Source: Bugula neritina
Lineage: Eukaryota > Animalia > Bryozoa
Reading direction: 5' to 3'
Assembly (NCBI GenBank): GCA_964035545.1
Contig: OZ037767.1
Location: 24,010,628 to 24,074,627 of the forward strand
Length of the DNA: 64,000 bases
Shown: positions 61,401-64,000 of the stretch, piece after piece
Layout of the letters: each line of letters opens with the position of its first letter
How positions within the stretch are numbered: the stretch's first letter is position 1
Translations under genes and position numbers: made by a program
The notes under the pieces: model-generated
The model's database searches: none
What the model was told of the DNA's origin: nothing
What the model saw: the letters and a program-made list of their open reading frames with translations, nothing else

Positions 61401-63642
61401 CTGTAAGATAGAAATTGTTGTTTTAACTGCATGTATTACATTTATGTTGCTCTGCAAGTTTTACTTGTTGATGCTGTAATACCAAAGAGTGTCTCTAGTT
61501 TTAAAACGATAATTTCAACAGTTTTGCCAAAGATGACGTCCATAACTCAATGGTTTATTGTTATGCTTATACATTGCGTGTGACAAGGGTATATATTGTA
61601 TAGAAATATATAGTAGTTGTATGCAGGTTAAAAGTAGGTTATACATATAAGCACTTGGAATGTCTTTGAATGATAAATAAAAGCCATTGGGCAAGCATCC
61701 TAAATTCACATATTTTGCAATTATAGTTAATGGCAAATTATATATGAAAATTGACCTTATAAAAAGTTTTGTAGCACTAAAATGTATACATTTTAGCAAA
61801 TTTTTATCATCGTAAGTTTGCGTGTTCAATCCGCTCGATTTTAAAGTGAATAATTTTTTCTACAGTATTTTAGTGAGTGAAGATATGCCTCTTATTACAA
61901 GTAGTTTTATTTTTCAATTTAGAAACTTGTCGGGGTTGTTTTACTTTCACACATTTCTGCTAGATTTCTTTTATTAAAGTCTACAGCATGTCAGCTTTGT
62001 TGTTCATCTGATTACGCAGATGATTTGCTGTAGTAGTGAAGTTTGAATGTGTTTTCTTTACGAATTTGGTCTGCACCGCCCGTTATGGCTGCAGATTAAT
62101 TAAGGCTATGTAAGACAATAATGTAGGCTAGAATTGTGATATGCTAGAGTTACTTAGAACATGGCTGTGCTGGTGAATTTTTAATGAATATTTCTATTGG
62201 CAATTGAAGCTAGAAGTTGCTCAAAATAGAAGATTTAATTTCCGTAGAAATAAATGTGTAGACATGGCTTATCCTAAATTTAGTTGTAGCTTTGCTAGGC
62301 CAGGTTGTTTGTGTGTCATCAGGCAGCACTTTTCACTGGTGACAAGCCTACATGTTATATTATAAAACTTACTATGGTGATTTTAGGAACAGTAATAGCC
62401 TCGGATCTACGTTTGTCCTCAGAGACAGGGTGCCTGTGAATGGGTTAGTGTGCGACCCACTCTTCACTGTTGTTTTCAGCTTAGAGTATATGATTTCAGA
62501 GCCTCTCAAGAAATCAGCTAATCAGGTAATGACTAGTATAGTTGGGAGTTATATTCAGGTTCCTAAAGTTACACATTCGGTACCAAAATGCAAAATTAAA
62601 GCCAGTTGTGTTAACAGAAAGCAGCAAGATCCATTTTTTATTGCAAAAACTTTGCCAAGACAAAACCTGTATCAGCACATGTGCTATACTATCAGGTGCT
62701 ATATTAGCAGGTGAGATACTAACAGGTACTATATTATCAAGTGCTATATTATCAAGTGCTGTATGAGCAGGTGCTATATTTGGATGGTAAAAATTACGTT
62801 TTGGCAACGCAGTATTTAGCCTGCGTAGGTAAATTATTTTCCTGGATTTTTGGTAATTGGGTGAATCGGCGACCCTCTTTCAGTGTTGACACAGACTTTA
62901 AGTTAAAACTTTTATTAGTTTAATTATTCCAATAGCTATTGACCTTGTACAAGAAGGGTTTTATCTGTTTGAAAAGCATAACAACTGTGTTTTAACGAAC
63001 ATATTTCACACAGTTTTCTGCAAAATTTGCTGCTAGCTCCTAGGCCGCCTACCCATTTCTGTAAAATCATTATGTTTTAGAATAACTTTTTTATCAGACT
63101 ATATTCTGTTGTATTAAATTGGAATCAAAAAGATTTTTTAAAACAACAATTCCATGCTCCTGTTGACTTCATAGCTAGTTCAGAGTTGGAATTTCAAGTA
63201 TATGTCACGTGTTGCAGGTTTCACTGAACAAATCACAGAGTTTCCCAGTGTCTATTAGGTGGGCTGGGTGGTCACCATTCATCAAATCCCCTCGCTCTGG
63301 AGAGCAGGTCACTGTACGTATACCAGTAGTTAGTGTACGTGTACCCAGTAGTTAGTGTACGTATACCCAGTTAGTACATGTGTATCAAGTTAGTGCTTGT
63401 GTACCAAGTTATAATATTTATTATAGTATTGCAATTTCTATAGCATACACCTGTGTAAGATGCTGGAGTAGAGGTCTTATTCGGTAGACCGGTTGTGTTT
63501 GTAGCTGTCATTTGGGGGCGGGCCAACAGCTAGCCCTGACAATGTGCTGACTTACAAACTTCCCAAGTTTGAAATGGAGAGCCAATCAGCTATAAAAGAA
63601 ATGACTGGCACGATGACTTTTACTTTCCTGGATGCTAAGAAG
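58499..63642 (+). CDS. NPHP4: Nephrocystin-4, 5' part (continues beyond the right edge)
   Basis: Exons 58499-58642 (WKDFVVKNSIVPP), 59035-59178 (TLFDVTYNQFFGRPW), 59462-59640 (IYFYTS...VVFELI...GW), 60028-60251 (LSMYAGTPRALL...HLLPENV), 60643-60833 (LYPNIEKFEEELL...IVERRL), 61054-61181 (IGVHNGFCYV), 62387-62525 (VFSLEY), 63218-63313 (IRWAGWSPF), 63505-63642 (GGPTASPDNVLTYK). Confidence 0.93.
60242..60564. repeat. 28-bp minisatellite (ACTGCACTCAGTGAGTACTGACTCACAC) x ~11.5 starting at an exon/intron junction
   Basis: The first unit overlaps the NPHP4 donor at 60251/60252. Confidence 0.92.
61176..61413. repeat. 17-bp minisatellite (ATCACTGTAAGATAGAG) x ~14 starting at an exon/intron junction
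   Basis: The first unit overlaps the NPHP4 donor at 61181/61182. Confidence 0.95.
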
Positions 63643-64000
63643 GTACAGGTGCACTCAACTCTCACTTTAGTCAAGTTGAACACATTTAGTATGACTGAAA
63701 TTCTTGGACAAAAGCTTGCTACAACTTTACAAATTTGACTGAATTCAAGAATTGTAAAATACTTGCTGCAAGTCTATTAAATTTAAATAAGTCAACATTT
63801 AGAGGTACCTAATTCAATCATTAACACTGCAACAAGGCTGAGAGAAATTTGCAGAATTTTAGTAATTTAATAAAATTTTGATGAAAATTCTTATTAAGTA
63901 TAATTTTAGTATTTTTATAGAAAATAAAGTATGGTGGTTTAAATGTTAATGTTCATTCATCGTAGATGAATGTGAGTTTTCAGCAGCCATTAACTTGTTG

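Noticed and set aside
60242-61413. Regular short repeats superficially like a CRISPR array
   Set aside because: No unique spacers and a eukaryotic intronic context; these are minisatellites.

Overview
AT-rich, intron-rich animal genomic DNA. The RXR sequence suggests a lophotrochozoan invertebrate, possibly a bryozoan; that assignment is inference only. Seven spliced protein-coding genes were reconstructed by hand with phase-consistent GT-AG junctions: (1) a Syt1-like synaptotagmin (-, runs off the left edge); (2) an unnamed ~1210-aa multidomain gene (+, 13362-27788) that reads as an IRAK/Pelle-like pseudokinase, a Cys-rich zinc-finger-like segment, a paracaspase/metacaspase-type (peptidase C14) domain with intact SGHG and DYCR catalytic motifs, and a ubiquitin-like segment; (3) RXR (+), with Ala in place of the organotin-binding helix-11 Cys; (4) TMEM9 (-); (5) RPS4 (+); (6) a chromodomain-ankyrin MPP8/MPHOSPH8-like gene (-); (7) NPHP4 (+, runs off the right edge). 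Non-coding elements include a complete minimal type I hammerhead ribozyme on a (TA)n-flanked insert in an RXR intron, a Harbinger-type MITE, a family of short hairpin elements, tRNA-derived SINE copies, minisatellites that multiply NPHP4 splice donors, and (TAN)n low-complexity tracts at all three divergent promoter regions. Exon coordinates and domain calls are manual and not database-verified.
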